Assembly: GCA_910592345.1 (NCBI GenBank)
Contig: CAJVPI010000075.1
Span: 1 to 60,601 of the forward strand
DNA length: 60,601 bases
Direction: 5' to 3'
Source of the DNA: Paraglomus brasilianum
Taxonomy: Eukaryota
Positions 1-12,085 of the stretch are shown piece after piece (position 1 is the first letter of the stretch; the number at the start of each line of letters is the position of its first letter). Below the pieces are notes generated by a model. The model was not told the origin of the DNA. It made no database searches and saw only the letters and a list, made by a program, of their open reading frames with translations. Position numbers and translations under genes: made by a program.

Positions 1-176
1 ATGTTATGAAGTTACCTACTACAAAAATTTAATTTTTGATACCATGTATTCGAATAGTTGAACATACAATCAAATAAATTTTTCATCTCATCAATATGTA
101 CAAATGGTATCTTGTATCGGGGTTGTGCGTTTGATATGCAATATTAATATACTAAGCCATTGCATCGCAAATCAGT

Positions 177-1565
177 CTAATTACTAAGCTTCTTCACATT
201 TTTTGCTGCAAATGTCTTCACTTGCCCATCTACCTCAATTCTGACAGTTCTATTGTTACTACACATACTGACCACCTCCCCCGTTATGCTGCACGTCTGC
301 TCTAACTTTCGTTTTCTTGTTTTCTGGTTGTTATCGTGATCTAGAGCAATTGCAACTTTATCACCTGGGTTAAAGGCCGGTTTTCTTCGATGAACGCCTG
401 CGCGGCCTTTTGTTTCGATATTTTTCATCATTCCGCATGATTTCTCCTCGTACTTGCTGCACCTGCTTCAAATGGTTCTCATATGTAGTTTGCTGATTTG
501 TATGATCAGTAGTGTCATCATAAGCGTCTTGAATATAACTTCCTTCCACTTGATTAGATTCGACAAGTATTTCGATTGGCATACCATAAACACCTCGCAT
601 CTTAAATCCGAAAAATGCCTCGTACGGCGATTTCTTGTGTGTTTCATGAGGTGCTTTATTATATACAATTACAAATGCAGGCAGGATGTCAATCCAACAA
701 TATCCTTGGGTTTGGGAAACCTCATCCCACAGCATTTTGGTTAGGTATCGAGTGAGTGTTTGATTAAATCTTTAAATCTTTCAATCTTTCCTTGGGTTTG
801 TGGATGTCGGACACGACCATGGACGAGCTGTATCTGGAGTATGGAGTAGGGTTAGGATAGAGTAGGGTTAGAGCTTTATTAATTCTTAAATCTCAAACTA
901 CAAAACTGACCTTGAGTGTTTCGCACGTTTTCTTTAGTACATCAGTAATAAATTCAGCATCCATTGTCTGATTGAAGCTCCGTGGGGGGACCGAACATTG
1001 AAAAATGTCTTGCTAATTTCTTATTAATCATACTTTCCTCTTTGTCTTTGAGCGGAATAACCCAGACATAATGTGAGAATACATCAACCATTGTGAGAAT
1101 GTAACTATAACCATCATTATGTTCGGCAAAAGAAAGAAGATCGACCAGGTCCATCTGGAGACGTTCTAATGGAGCACTGGCGATGATGGGGGGTTTTTTT
1201 TGATTGATACATTTCGGATACAAGTAGGGCAATTCCGATGTGTTTCTCGTATAGCATAGTGTATGTTTTATGGTATTCGAATGAGAGGTACTGACATGGA
1301 ATTTCTCTATAAGAGCTTCTCGTAATTCCTTGTCATAAGTTGGAATTAATCGTTTCTTGACTGGTTGAGAGTTTTCGTCTGTCAGCTTCTCTGTATAGAA
1401 CAGACAACCACTCTTGTCGTCGTAAGTAAGACCTTAACATCTCCGACGCAAATTCCCTCTTTTTGTTGAAGTGTTGTATTTCGATGCAAAGACGCCAGAC
1501 TGAAGATAAGAAACAATGTTATTGAAATCTTCGGGAGTGTTTGGTACTTTCAGTAATTTGACCAT
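177..1565 (-). mobile_element. Decayed Ginger-like (Gypsy-type DDE integrase) DNA transposon; pseudogenised integrase
   Basis: Minus-strand fragments read LERLQMDLVD..YILTMVDVFS..LQSDNG(frameshift)EFIT..HGRVRHPQTQGKIERF..YNKAPHETHKKSPYEAFFG, i.e. an rve integrase core preceded by a CPTC zinc-binding remnant. Stop at 1434-1436 and several frameshifts. GT-AG intron at 834-910. No RT or gag upstream. Confidence 0.8.
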
Positions 1566-2227
1566 TATAAAAAAAGCAACGAAGTTAGTAAAGTAAAACA
1601 GATTAAGTAAGATATGGTGAACACAAAAGAAGTGCATGATAGATGGAGCAGAAAAGAACTGAATCATCGTTATAACCATTGATCTCTGTAGATGTTTGAA
1701 GTCGCCTGATTATCACATGGTAATCGATTCTTGCATTCGTTTCCAAAATATTGCCGCGCGATTGTGTACGCGATTAAACGCGCAAAGGACGCACACGCAC
1801 ATCCTCTTAAAATATATAAATAAAGGGACGTAAGACCATGATATTTCTTTAATTTTATTCCTAAAACTTGATACAACAATCGTCACATATGCAATACAGT
1901 TTGATCGACTTATAAGCTGAGCCATCCGGATGAAGTGCACGGACAACGGTAATAAAGTATGATAATTCCACATTGCGCTCTATTCACGATATTCCTCCTT
2001 ATCGCACAATTTAACACGGTGACTATTTGACAAACTTTTTCTTAGTTCATTATCGTATGTAAGTAACGACACACGGTGAATCTGTAAAATGCACGTTATA
2101 ATTATCAAATGATTATACACGTACTTATGATTTCTTTTTTCACACTTAACAACCTATATATTATCATGGTATCGCAAAAAACTTGTCTAAACTGACTGTA
2201 TAATAATAATAATAATAATAATAAATG

Positions 2228-3324
2228 GTCCCAATAAATGAGTGAGTGACACAAAATTCTGCAAATTATATGCTAGCTTCATGCTTATATAAACGAAAAA
2301 CTTATTACTGCAACTGCTTTTTATGTATTAATTAAACTTGTTTGTGATAACATTTTACATGTATTTTTGTTATTTATATCACTGTCGTCTTGGTATCTCT
2401 CCCTATAATAACAATTAAATCCAGCATAAAGATCACCTCTAAAAAGTTCAAATTTTGACTCATCACCCCAAATAATGTTATCCATTTATTTCTCCATTCT
2501 CATCTTTCTTTGGCCCAACTTAGTCTTTTGATTTAATTTTTTTTTTGTTACAAAGTTCTTACCCCTACCTGGCCATAGAAGCCATTCTCATGAAGATGAC
2601 TATAAAGTGTGTTTACACAGACATTCTTAGATGTTGAAGCTGTAAAGTTCTCATTTATTTCCTTAAGATTAGTTCTTCTATTTTTTTGAAAAACTCTTTT
2701 TATTGCATGACTATCTCTTGGTGTAATTTTTTTGGGTCTTCCTGGTCAATTAGGAGGTTTTTCTTGTTGATGATCATGATATTTTACTATAACTTTATGG
2801 ACAGTACTTGGGATTCTTTTTAAAGCTACTGAAATTTTCTCTTCACTTAATCCACACTTCCATACACCAATTATTTCTCCATGTTCAAAAAGAGTAAGTT
2901 CTGATCAAGAAGTCATTTGTTATTGTTATTAGCAAAATGTAAACATTCATTGAGCAATAAACACAAAAGGCTTTAAATATCACATCAAGGTCACACAAAA
3001 TTCGTAGATACACATAATATGTTCTCCATTCGCAATTTTATGAAAATTTGAACATAATCATTCTAAATACATTTTGTTAGTAAAATATTTGATATTAGCT
3101 AATTAGCATAGAGAATATCGAGTATTAAACAAATAAATTTGGAAGACGAAGTTGGCAAAATTTTTATGCTGCTTTTAATTGTTATAATAGGGAAATATAC
3201 CAAGACGACAGTGATACAAATAACAAAAGATACATGTAAAATGTTATCGTGAACAAGTTTAATTAAGTTAGCATATAATTTGCAAAATTTTGTGTTACTC
3301 ACTCATTTATTGAAGGGCACTGTA
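2228..3324 (-). mobile_element. Internally deleted Tc1/mariner element with long TIRs
   Basis: ~2230-2430 is an imperfect inverted repeat of ~3163-3320, and the right end reads CACTG-TA. The inside encodes MTS*SELTLFEHGEIIGVWKCG..STVHKVI..*PGRPKKIT (Tc1 HTH region, ATG ~2916) with stops. Confidence 0.85.
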
Positions 3325-3329
3325 CCTCA

Positions 3330-3413
3330 GTTGGGAACTTGTCTCAGTTCTGGACTGAGACAACTGAGTTCTGGACTGAGTGACTGGGTTCTGAACTAAG
3401 ACAGGTCCCAAAC
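3330..3413. repeat. Short foldback element
   Basis: gttgggaacttgtctcagttc pairs with gaactaagacaggtcccaaac. Internal gttctggactgag-like units are repeated three times. Confidence 0.6.
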
Positions 3414-3548
3414 TCAGACACAACATAGGCATACTGTGAAGAGAATAATAGAATACACAAGTTTTCTTTTGTAGACTAATGTACAGTATCCCTACTATAA
3501 CTAGTCCCTTTTCACAGGTACTAGAACCAGTACATATGACTTACTGTA

Positions 3549-3731
3549 TACAGTCAACTCTGTTTATACCAGAATGTATATACCGGAATTTCACGGAATT
3601 CTTGCACACTGTTCATTTCATATGAAAATTCTTTGTTTATACCAAAGTCTCTTATAAACTTTCCATATACCGGATCCGGAAGGACACAGAGAGCTATGCC
3701 AACCCGTTCAGTATAAACAGAGTTGACTGTA
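3549..3731. mobile_element. MITE, Tc1/pogo type
   Basis: Perfect TIR cagtcaactctgtttatac / gtataaacagagttgactg flanked by TA on both sides. Confidence 0.9.
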
Positions 3732-5722
3732 ATAATTAATTCAAACCGTTCAAAAGAAAAAAAAAGAATAAAGGTTGGTTTTCAAGTATAGTTTTACAAT
3801 GTCTTATAATATAAATACAGCAAACTTCTGCATTGTTGTAGTATTAGAATTAAAAATTTTACAGAGTTGTAAAGCTCAATTCAAGAATAAATCTTGTTAT
3901 TTTGGTAAAAATACAGCCAAAAAATTTTTTTTGATAAAAAACCAGAAAGGATTAAACTAGCAAAAAGAGGAAAAAGACCTAACCTACTAATTAATAAATT
4001 ATATTTTAATCGTTTAATGAAAATAGAAAATGGATTGATAAACAACAAGCAGAAAATAAATGATCTTAAATAAAAGAACTAGAAAGTAAACCAACCAAAT
4101 CTTTTAATAATACATTTTTTTGTCAGATAATTAGTTATGATTGAACGTATTAGTATTGGTATAAATAATCTCAACTTGTCTTTTTCGGCCTGCTCAATAT
4201 GCATTAATTTAAATTTATTGAATGTCTTATATAAAACACAATTATTACCACAATAGAAATGGTTACAGTGAACAATACTATAGCTAAATTGAAGAGTAAT
4301 AAAATACTTTACTTAAGAATTTCAAAAATTAACTTTTTTGACATTATTATAACAATATTTACATTTATACGATTTTATTGTTGAAAATTTTAATCAATTG
4401 CTCAATACATTTGTTCAAAAGTTATGTAGCATAAACGCTTAAGTAATGCGAATGTAGTATGTTTACTTATTGATTATGAGCAATTGCATTAGTAAAAAAA
4501 GCATTGTCTCTTATTATTATTGCAACTGTTGGATAGTAGAGTTGGGGGTTTTTTCTAACATGCCTGTTTTTGTCTTGAGACTACTATGTAATGACATCAT
4601 TAGCCAATAAATATAGTCCGTGTCAAAAGCTTACTAAACAAAGCCTTGCATCTGATTAATCGCGCAGGGAGAGCGTCTGTTTTCGAATTTGACCGGAAAT
4701 ATTCTCGAAACTTGGCTTTAATCTGTTGGTCTTGCTTACATCCCGCCAACTAAGACGTGGTTAAATCTTGAAGGCGACTTTTTTATGATTCACACTCGCA
4801 TGTTATTCTAAATTAACTAAGTAAATGCAATAGTAAACCTTTAGACTTGGCAATTTAGCCAGTATGCTTGTGATTATTATCTCTTTAGTTTTTATAAATA
4901 GTGCCGAGTGAAATACCATTTTGTGCATGAATTTGTTTGTTTGTTTGGCATTTCGGATGTTATTGTTCCACAACTGTAATGCACTGCTAAATACGTTAAA
5001 TTTTAGCTCAAAACACAAGCTTTGTTTGCGTTGTAAATTGCATGCGCTAGACGTGTTTATGTTGGATGTATAATTTTGTAACACACTGTATATCTTTTTG
5101 AGCCTATTACGTGATTACTGCCTAAATCGAGAAAATTGCTTACTTATTGTATAACTGTTACGGTGGGAGGCATGCTGTCGTGCCTTTTAGATATTTAGTT
5201 ACTGATTCCATTGTGCGGCAAAAATGCTGTTGTCACTTTTGGATGGAAATCCGCAGAAATTAGGAAAGAATATACGTCGTCATTAATATTAGCCGAGAGC
5301 ATACAAAATTATATTTTTGCAATATGCGGTAAACCTGGTAAACCTGACTTTTTGTTTTGAAATGGTAATGTATACAATTTAGCAAATAATATCTACTACT
5401 TGGGCCATTTATTACTTTGGTTGTATTATTGGTATTGTGGGCCGCGGTTTAAGTATTTGACATAAAGATTATCAAATTGACTATTCAGGAAGATCCTCTT
5501 CCTGACAGTACTCGGCGCATTTTTCGATTCCATCAGTTTTACGAGTTTGATTATATAGCTACGTAATAGTTCGGAGGATTACTCCATTGTGGGTCACGTG
5601 ATATATTTTGTATGGAAACAAGGCGATTCGATTCAATGCGATTTCATCAACACACTTTAGCCTGTTAGATCTCACTGTCTTTTCATGCAATCCACTCTAT
5701 ATACCCTTCTCTCGCTAGTATA

Positions 5723-7983
5723 ATGGATCGTTGCCGCATCTGCCAAGCGCAAATAGACAACACTACAAGATTCCGCTGTGCGGATTGTAAGGATTTCTTC
5801 ATGTGCGTAAATTGTTTTGCTGAAGGAAGAGAAGCAGAAAAACATAAAAACAAACATCGTTATCAAATAATAGTATGTAAACTACATAAATGAAAGTGCT
5901 ATTCGTGATATTGCACTATTGACACTGTTGGTACTATTGGCTGGAGGATACGCGTTATTCTAATGTGGCATTTGTATACAGAAACAACATTCTCTAAGCT
6001 TTCCAATATATGACCAAAATTGGGATGCTGAAGAAGAATACCGACTAATAGAACTAGCAGGCAGCTATGGTCTAGGAAATTGGCTAGATGTGTCAGAACG
6101 GCTCGGCAGCAAAACAAAGGAAGAATGCTATGAGCACTACATGGAAGTCTACGTCAAGAGCGCCAAATGGCCTTACCCAGTATGTATATCACAATCAGGA
6201 GATCCATTATAAGCGATCAGTTGATTGCATGATAGCTCGCTTGATATTAAATTATACCTTCAAATTTGACGCTTGCTATTCTATCAATTGGATTGGTAGG
6301 ACATTAATAAAAACTTCAATATCGACGAAGACAAAATGAGAGAGAGAAAACGCCAGAGAATGAATCGCATTGAAGCTGCAGGTAATGCATTTTGGAAAAC
6401 ATCTTGAGATCGGCGTATCGTGTGAATTATTACTGCAAGCCAATTATTCATCATCTTTTATCATACATTATACGACAGCGAATGTCCAGCCAAAACCAGA
6501 AGGGGAGGCAAGTACAATCACACATATGCCTTTACAATGATTTATCATTAATCTTATCGATTCCGCCTTCGATGTTTTCGCTCCCATCTATCATGTGTAG
6601 CGAGTACAAAGTTTGCCAGCAGAACATGAGATCCATGGTTATATGCCAAAGCGTAATGAATTTGAGCAAGAAGCGGACAACGATGCTGAACAATTAGTAA
6701 AGGACATTGAATTCATAGATGAGGACTCGAAACAGGACAAGGAATTAAAAATAGCAATGTTGGAGATATACAACAAGAAACTGCATAAACGGCGTGAGAA
6801 AAAGGATGTAATAAACGAACATGGCTTACTGGATTATAGAAAGGTATGCTGATCCGACGCGAGTATCTATTATTTATTATCTTAATGCCTTGGTTTGTAA
6901 TTTGCTATTATCAGATGCCAGTTTTAGTTTGCCGTTATCTAACATATTTAATTTGTCTTATGATTACGTAGAATGTAACGAATGAGAAAAAGAGACCAAG
7001 AGACGAAAAAGATCTAGTGGGGAAAACAAAATCATTTGCTCGCATATTGACGAACAAAGATTATACGTCATTTGTTGAAGGGTTAATGAGTAAGTGTGCC
7101 CAGATCCATAGCTACGAATTGATATGGTATATATGTTAAAATATTAATTGGCTCAAATGCTACTTCGCGTAATGCCATCAATTAACGCCAACTTCAGAAG
7201 AGTGTCAACTTCGGCAACAGATAGCGAAACTACAAGAATGGCGTAAGATGGGGATCACCAATTTGAAGGATGGAAAACTATATGAAAAGGCTAAATCTGA
7301 GCGCGTGAGTTATATATACGAAAGAAACAGTATATATATAATAGTTCTAGATTACATTTAGAAATCTTACGTTTATTCATATGTAGGAACAATCTCGCGA
7401 GACAGCTTCACGTCCAAGCATGTCAATCGCCAGTGATCGATTGGCTGCCAAATACGCTGCGAATGTCCCACCAGTGCGAGCAACGGAAGTAAGTAATTGT
7501 AGATTGCAATTGTTTTTCACTGTCACGAATACGCTTTATGTGTTTTCCTGTTCACCGACTACAACCGTATTCTTCAACCACTAGACTGCAAATTCTTCCT
7601 CGAAGCACTCTCGCAAATCTACATCCATATCTTCTCTAGACGACTTGGAAGGCGCAGACCTCCTCCTTCCCGCGGAGAAAAAATTATGCGAGCGTTTATG
7701 TATATATCCCAAACCGTATATGGTGTTCAAAGAAATGCTTCTCCAAGCATATGCCCGTTCGGGTGGACATTTACAGAAGAAACAAGCCAAAGAGTTAGTG
7801 GAACAGCCTTCCAAAGGCGATATTCTCATGAAAATATACGACTTTTTTGTTGAGATGGGGTGGGTAAACCCGCCACCCGCAATCGAGAGTAGCAAGAATG
7901 GAGGAGGGATGACAAATGAGAATGGATTGGTGGAGAATAGAAATGGGAGTAGGAATGGGAACGTTGATAGTGGAGTCATATAA
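5723..7983 (+). CDS. ADA2: SAGA complex transcriptional adaptor Ada2 (multi-exon)
   Basis: ZZ finger (CRIC..CADC..CVNC..H..H), SANT (WDAEEEYRL..YGLGNWLDVSE), HEIHGYMPKRNEFEQEADNDAE motif, C-terminal SWIRM (LLLPAEKKLC..KIYDFFVEMGW). Confidence 0.93.
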
Positions 7984-8719
7984 CATTTCTAATATTTGGA
8001 AGAGGAATGTTTTCATCTCGTAGGGATTATTAATTTAGATGACAGACTTTGGATGCTATTATTGATATTCGATGCACACAGTGTATAACTGTGTCATCAA
8101 TCGGCACAATGATATGAATGGAGACTAGATTGAATGTTCTCTCGCGAGACTTTTTTTGGGATTGGAGCAATTAATGTCGTCATGCCTTGTCTCATAAGTT
8201 TTAATTGCTGAATAATATCGGCATTGCCTATTATATACAAAGAGTATATAGAGTGTGTAGTAGCTTCGGTGCAAGTATATGTGTAAATTTAGAACATTAC
8301 TCTTCTATGGCACGCGCTGAATAACTTATGCAGCATTATTGTACAAGTTCTTTTCTCCCCCCCAGTCAACTCATAATTAATAAAACGATCAGCTCTCAAA
8401 AAACGAAACAATATTTTTCGATGGAAATCAATGAAATCAATGTACACTCTTTTGTTTTATTTTCCCACTTTTTCTTCCTTTTTTTTTTCTTTACAGTTGC
8501 TATTTTTATATGCAAACAGACTGATATCACTTGTATATCACTCAACTAACAGCCATATCCCCATAGCATCAATAGTCCACGTATTCAATAGATGACCAGA
8601 CAGCTACGGAGATCCAAGTCGTCAGCCAAATGAAGTGATCGTTGATATATATATATGTATATGTATATACGATGAATGCTCTAACTACGTTTCATAAGAT
8701 GCTCAAATACAGAATGATT

Positions 8720-9578
8720 CTAATCAATCTTAGGATCAGCAAGAGCAGCGGAAACGCCTTCGTGAGCAACAGCCTTGAGTGTGGTCTTGATATGTTTGAT
8801 ACCAGAATCCACGTCACCGGAATATTGAAGGAGTGCGGGCCGAAGGAATCTGGTGTAAAGTGTCTGAGCACCTTTGAATTGAGGAAGGAAGAGCCTGTAC
8901 GGAAAGAGGATAGTTGTAAAGTAGAGAATGGATTAATAAAACTGTACAGTTTGTAAAAATATCGACTAATTGGCTGATGGTAGTTACCATAGGAAGAATA
9001 GCGTCTTGATAAGATAGTAGAATGGTACCCAGTATAAGATGAGGTTGGAGAAGAATTCTACCAAGGCAACAAAGCCATAGACAGCCCTGATAGTTTATAG
9101 ATATAGACAATCGTTAATATTTCTGCGAGGATGCGTTCCAGCCAAAGTCGCGTCACGTGAACAACATACCAATATGTCAACCACTGAGTATCATCTGTCT
9201 TTTCGGTTGTTTCGATAGCTTTGAAGGAACGATAAGCTACAAGGAGACAGCGAATGTAATGGTGAGTTTAGATGAACAGGAAAGGGGAAGGAACTAGAGA
9301 TGTACACACGAAAATATAATATCGCGAGTGTATATGTATGTTTCCATTCTGAATACGTTGCTTAACTTACCAGGATACACCCACCCAACCAAATTGCTCA
9401 GTAACTGTCCGGCAAAGTCAAAGAATATGAGAACAAACATGAAGGCACCAACACCGAGAGCCAAATAGGTCTTTGGGACATTGGTACGTTTCTCGACTGT
9501 ATTGAATATCGTATATTTGGAGAGTTCTTTATCGAGCTGAGCGTTATAGCTCTTAAATTGGCTTTGAATACCCTCCAT
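8720..9578 (-). CDS. YOP1: ER-shaping protein Yop1 (REEP5/DP1/HVA22 family)
   Basis: MEGIQSQF..EKRTNVPKTYLALG..LLSNLVGWVYP / AYRSFKAIETTEKTDDTQWLTYW / ..LPQFKGAQTLYTRFLRP, with GT-AG introns. Confidence 0.93.
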
Positions 9579-10185
9579 GTTTGGCAAATTGTTCAGCGAA
9601 AGGATGATGGAAGACAAGAGCAGAAGTGTGTGGGAATCAAACTGCCTAAGAATGTTCTGTTTCGGTGCTGCGTTTATATAGGAAATCGAATCAATCAAAT
9701 TTGGAGATTGAAAAAAAGGGCTATATTCGAATAAGGAATAGGATGGCTGGACCCAGCACAAAGCTGTTATCTGCTGAAACACAGACAAACAAAGATTCCA
9801 ATAATTTCAAGCATAAATTAAGAATGATGTGCGGTGAAACTTTTTGAAACAAGATGGAACAAGATAACGAATCAGTAACCGCAAGCAAGGCACAAACAAA
9901 CACACAACGAGCAAATATTTGATAGCAATAATAAATTTCGTGTTATCTTCACACCGGGTAAATATCCGAATAATATACTATTCGTAGAGTTCGTTATTTA
10001 CTTTATTACGTTTAATGAGCTGACGACTTGGAAAAAAAAAAGCGAAAAAGGAGTAGTTTCTGTGAAACGCACCCATATGATATATATCCGTTATCCCACC
10101 ATCCCATCCAATATCTACTAGCCAAGTTTTTTTTTTTTTTTTTTCGACTTTCATATGGTATAACATAGACGTGCAGGTATGTAAC

Positions 10186-10245
10186 GAATGTATTGAATAT
10201 ATTGAATGTATTGAATGTATTGGATGTATTGAATGTATTGGATGT
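10186..10245. repeat. 9-bp tandem repeat (aatgtattg)n
   Basis: About six imperfect copies are visible. Confidence 0.85.
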
Positions 10246-10531
10246 GAATGATTGCCACTACACTACTCCTACTGCTACCGCTATGCCACCACCGCTATGC
10301 CACTGCTAATAAGATTGTCTTTCTATGCTGCTGGATGATCGATTTCACAAGATGAACAAAGGAAGAGTCAATCGATTCATTAGAGACGATCTGCAGACTG
10401 CTGATCCATACATAGGCAATGAATCAAACTGGAATAATCAGAATTCACGTGCTCGTATTTTTATGAGTAATGGCGTAATTGGGGACTAAACTTGTTTATC
10501 CGCTGAACTACAATAACCATTTAAGAGTCTT

Positions 10532-10665
10532 TGTCGTACGCCCAGTGGTTAAGAGGATTGTCTTTATCACATGATTATATTACGTAAATCTCGTCACTGT
10601 GTGATCCCGGATTTACATACCTAATACTAAATATAAATGACCTTGGACGGGATTTACATACGACA
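10532..10665 (+). mobile_element. Possible internally deleted solo LTR
   Basis: TGTCGTA...TACGACA inverted ends (TG..CA), internal TATAAA, duplicated ggatttacatac. No TSD found. Confidence 0.45.
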
Positions 10666-11599
10666 ATACAATCATACGCATTAGTACTAGGGTAGACGCG
10701 GAGCAGTTTTTTTCGCAATTTCATTGGTTGACATGCCAATTTGACCAATGAATCAGGTCACGTTCTACTCCGCTTTAGCCATCTTCTATTTTTAGCATTC
10801 TAAATCTAATTTGAGTATATACAGTAACTATCTGTAGAACAGTGGTAGAAAAATATGTAACTTAAACAGATAGAATGCTAACAGTGCAAATTACATATTA
10901 ATATTAATATTATTAGTAACAAAAATGATGGAGAGCGAATTATAAAGTATAAAAATATTTGCTTTCATGTAAAAGGCTTTAGCCAAGTGTATTATTAGCA
11001 CATAAGCGATCTATTTATTACTCGAGAGAAGCTAAGCCGTCTTGAAATAGAATATAAGTGGGATTAAAGCGAACGTGTAGGAAAGAACGTATTTTAGAGC
11101 TAAAATATTCACTGCTCGTCCAACGAACGTAATATTTGTTTGCTTGAGCATTTTATACCAATTGCTAACACTAATCTTATAATCAGGAAGAGTGGTGATT
11201 ATTTTCTTCCTTTGATCACCTCTAACCTACTCAAGTAACTGTCTTTTTTGGTGTTACTCTTTTGGAATGTGCTAATAAAGTGTGCAAATTTGCAGAAGTA
11301 TCCTAAGAACGTAAAGATTGGATGTATGTTAATTAAAGAAAAGCATAGGTGCTTTCTTTATCGTTACGTGTACATTTATCGTGTAGCTTAATAGATAAAA
11401 ACTCGACAATACATTATATTAATACTTACTTACTTTATTCAATATTACTGTAACCGCTGATATTAACAGGAACGATTGAGGCAATGACCGATTGCAAATA
11501 AAGGCCCTTAATATTCGAGATTTTGTCTTCGGCAGACTATAAACTCTGCTCACACGACGCCACCGAAGGAACATTCCATAAGCAATGCTAATATAATAA

Positions 11600-11797
11600 T
11601 ACAGTCAACCCTCTTTATAGTCACACCCTCTATAAGCACATCATATAAAACCCTCTTTATAAGCACACCATGTTTGAACCAATTACTATTGAACTTATAG
11701 GAAAAACCCTCTATATAGTCACAACCTCTTTATAAGCACATTTTCAACAAAAGTTGCATTGTTCCCAACAGCGTGACTATAGAGAAAGTTGACTGTA
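11600..11797. mobile_element. MITE, pogo/Tc1 type
   Basis: TA-cagtcaaccctctttatagtcac ... gtgactatagagaaagttgactg-TA, with internal repeats of cctct(t/a)tata(a)g(t)cac. Confidence 0.85.
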
Positions 11798-12085
11798 ATA
11801 TAAAGTGGTTATTTTCGCATCTTTTATTGTTATCACGTGATAGAATTAAACCAATCGTTATTGTAATTCGATTCCCACCTTTATAATTGTGTTAGTATTA
11901 GTATTAATACTGTCTTTCCCTCCCATTCTGCATTTTTCTTCAAAAACCAAAAACTACAATATAACTAAACGTTTCTTGCTGTTTGTGATCAAATATAATC
12001 GTGACATTATCGATATATTTATCATGTGACAGTAAAAAAGTGCTACTAATTTGATCGACAGAAATTTCAAAAACACTCCTTTAAA

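Noticed and set aside
845..873. TAGGGTTAG telomere-like motifs
   Set aside because: Only two broken copies, and they coincide with CTAAC branch-point sequences of the minus-strand intron.
10533..10620. tRNA-like start (gcccagtggttaag)
   Set aside because: No TTC loop/B-box or cloverleaf; better explained as an LTR-like end.
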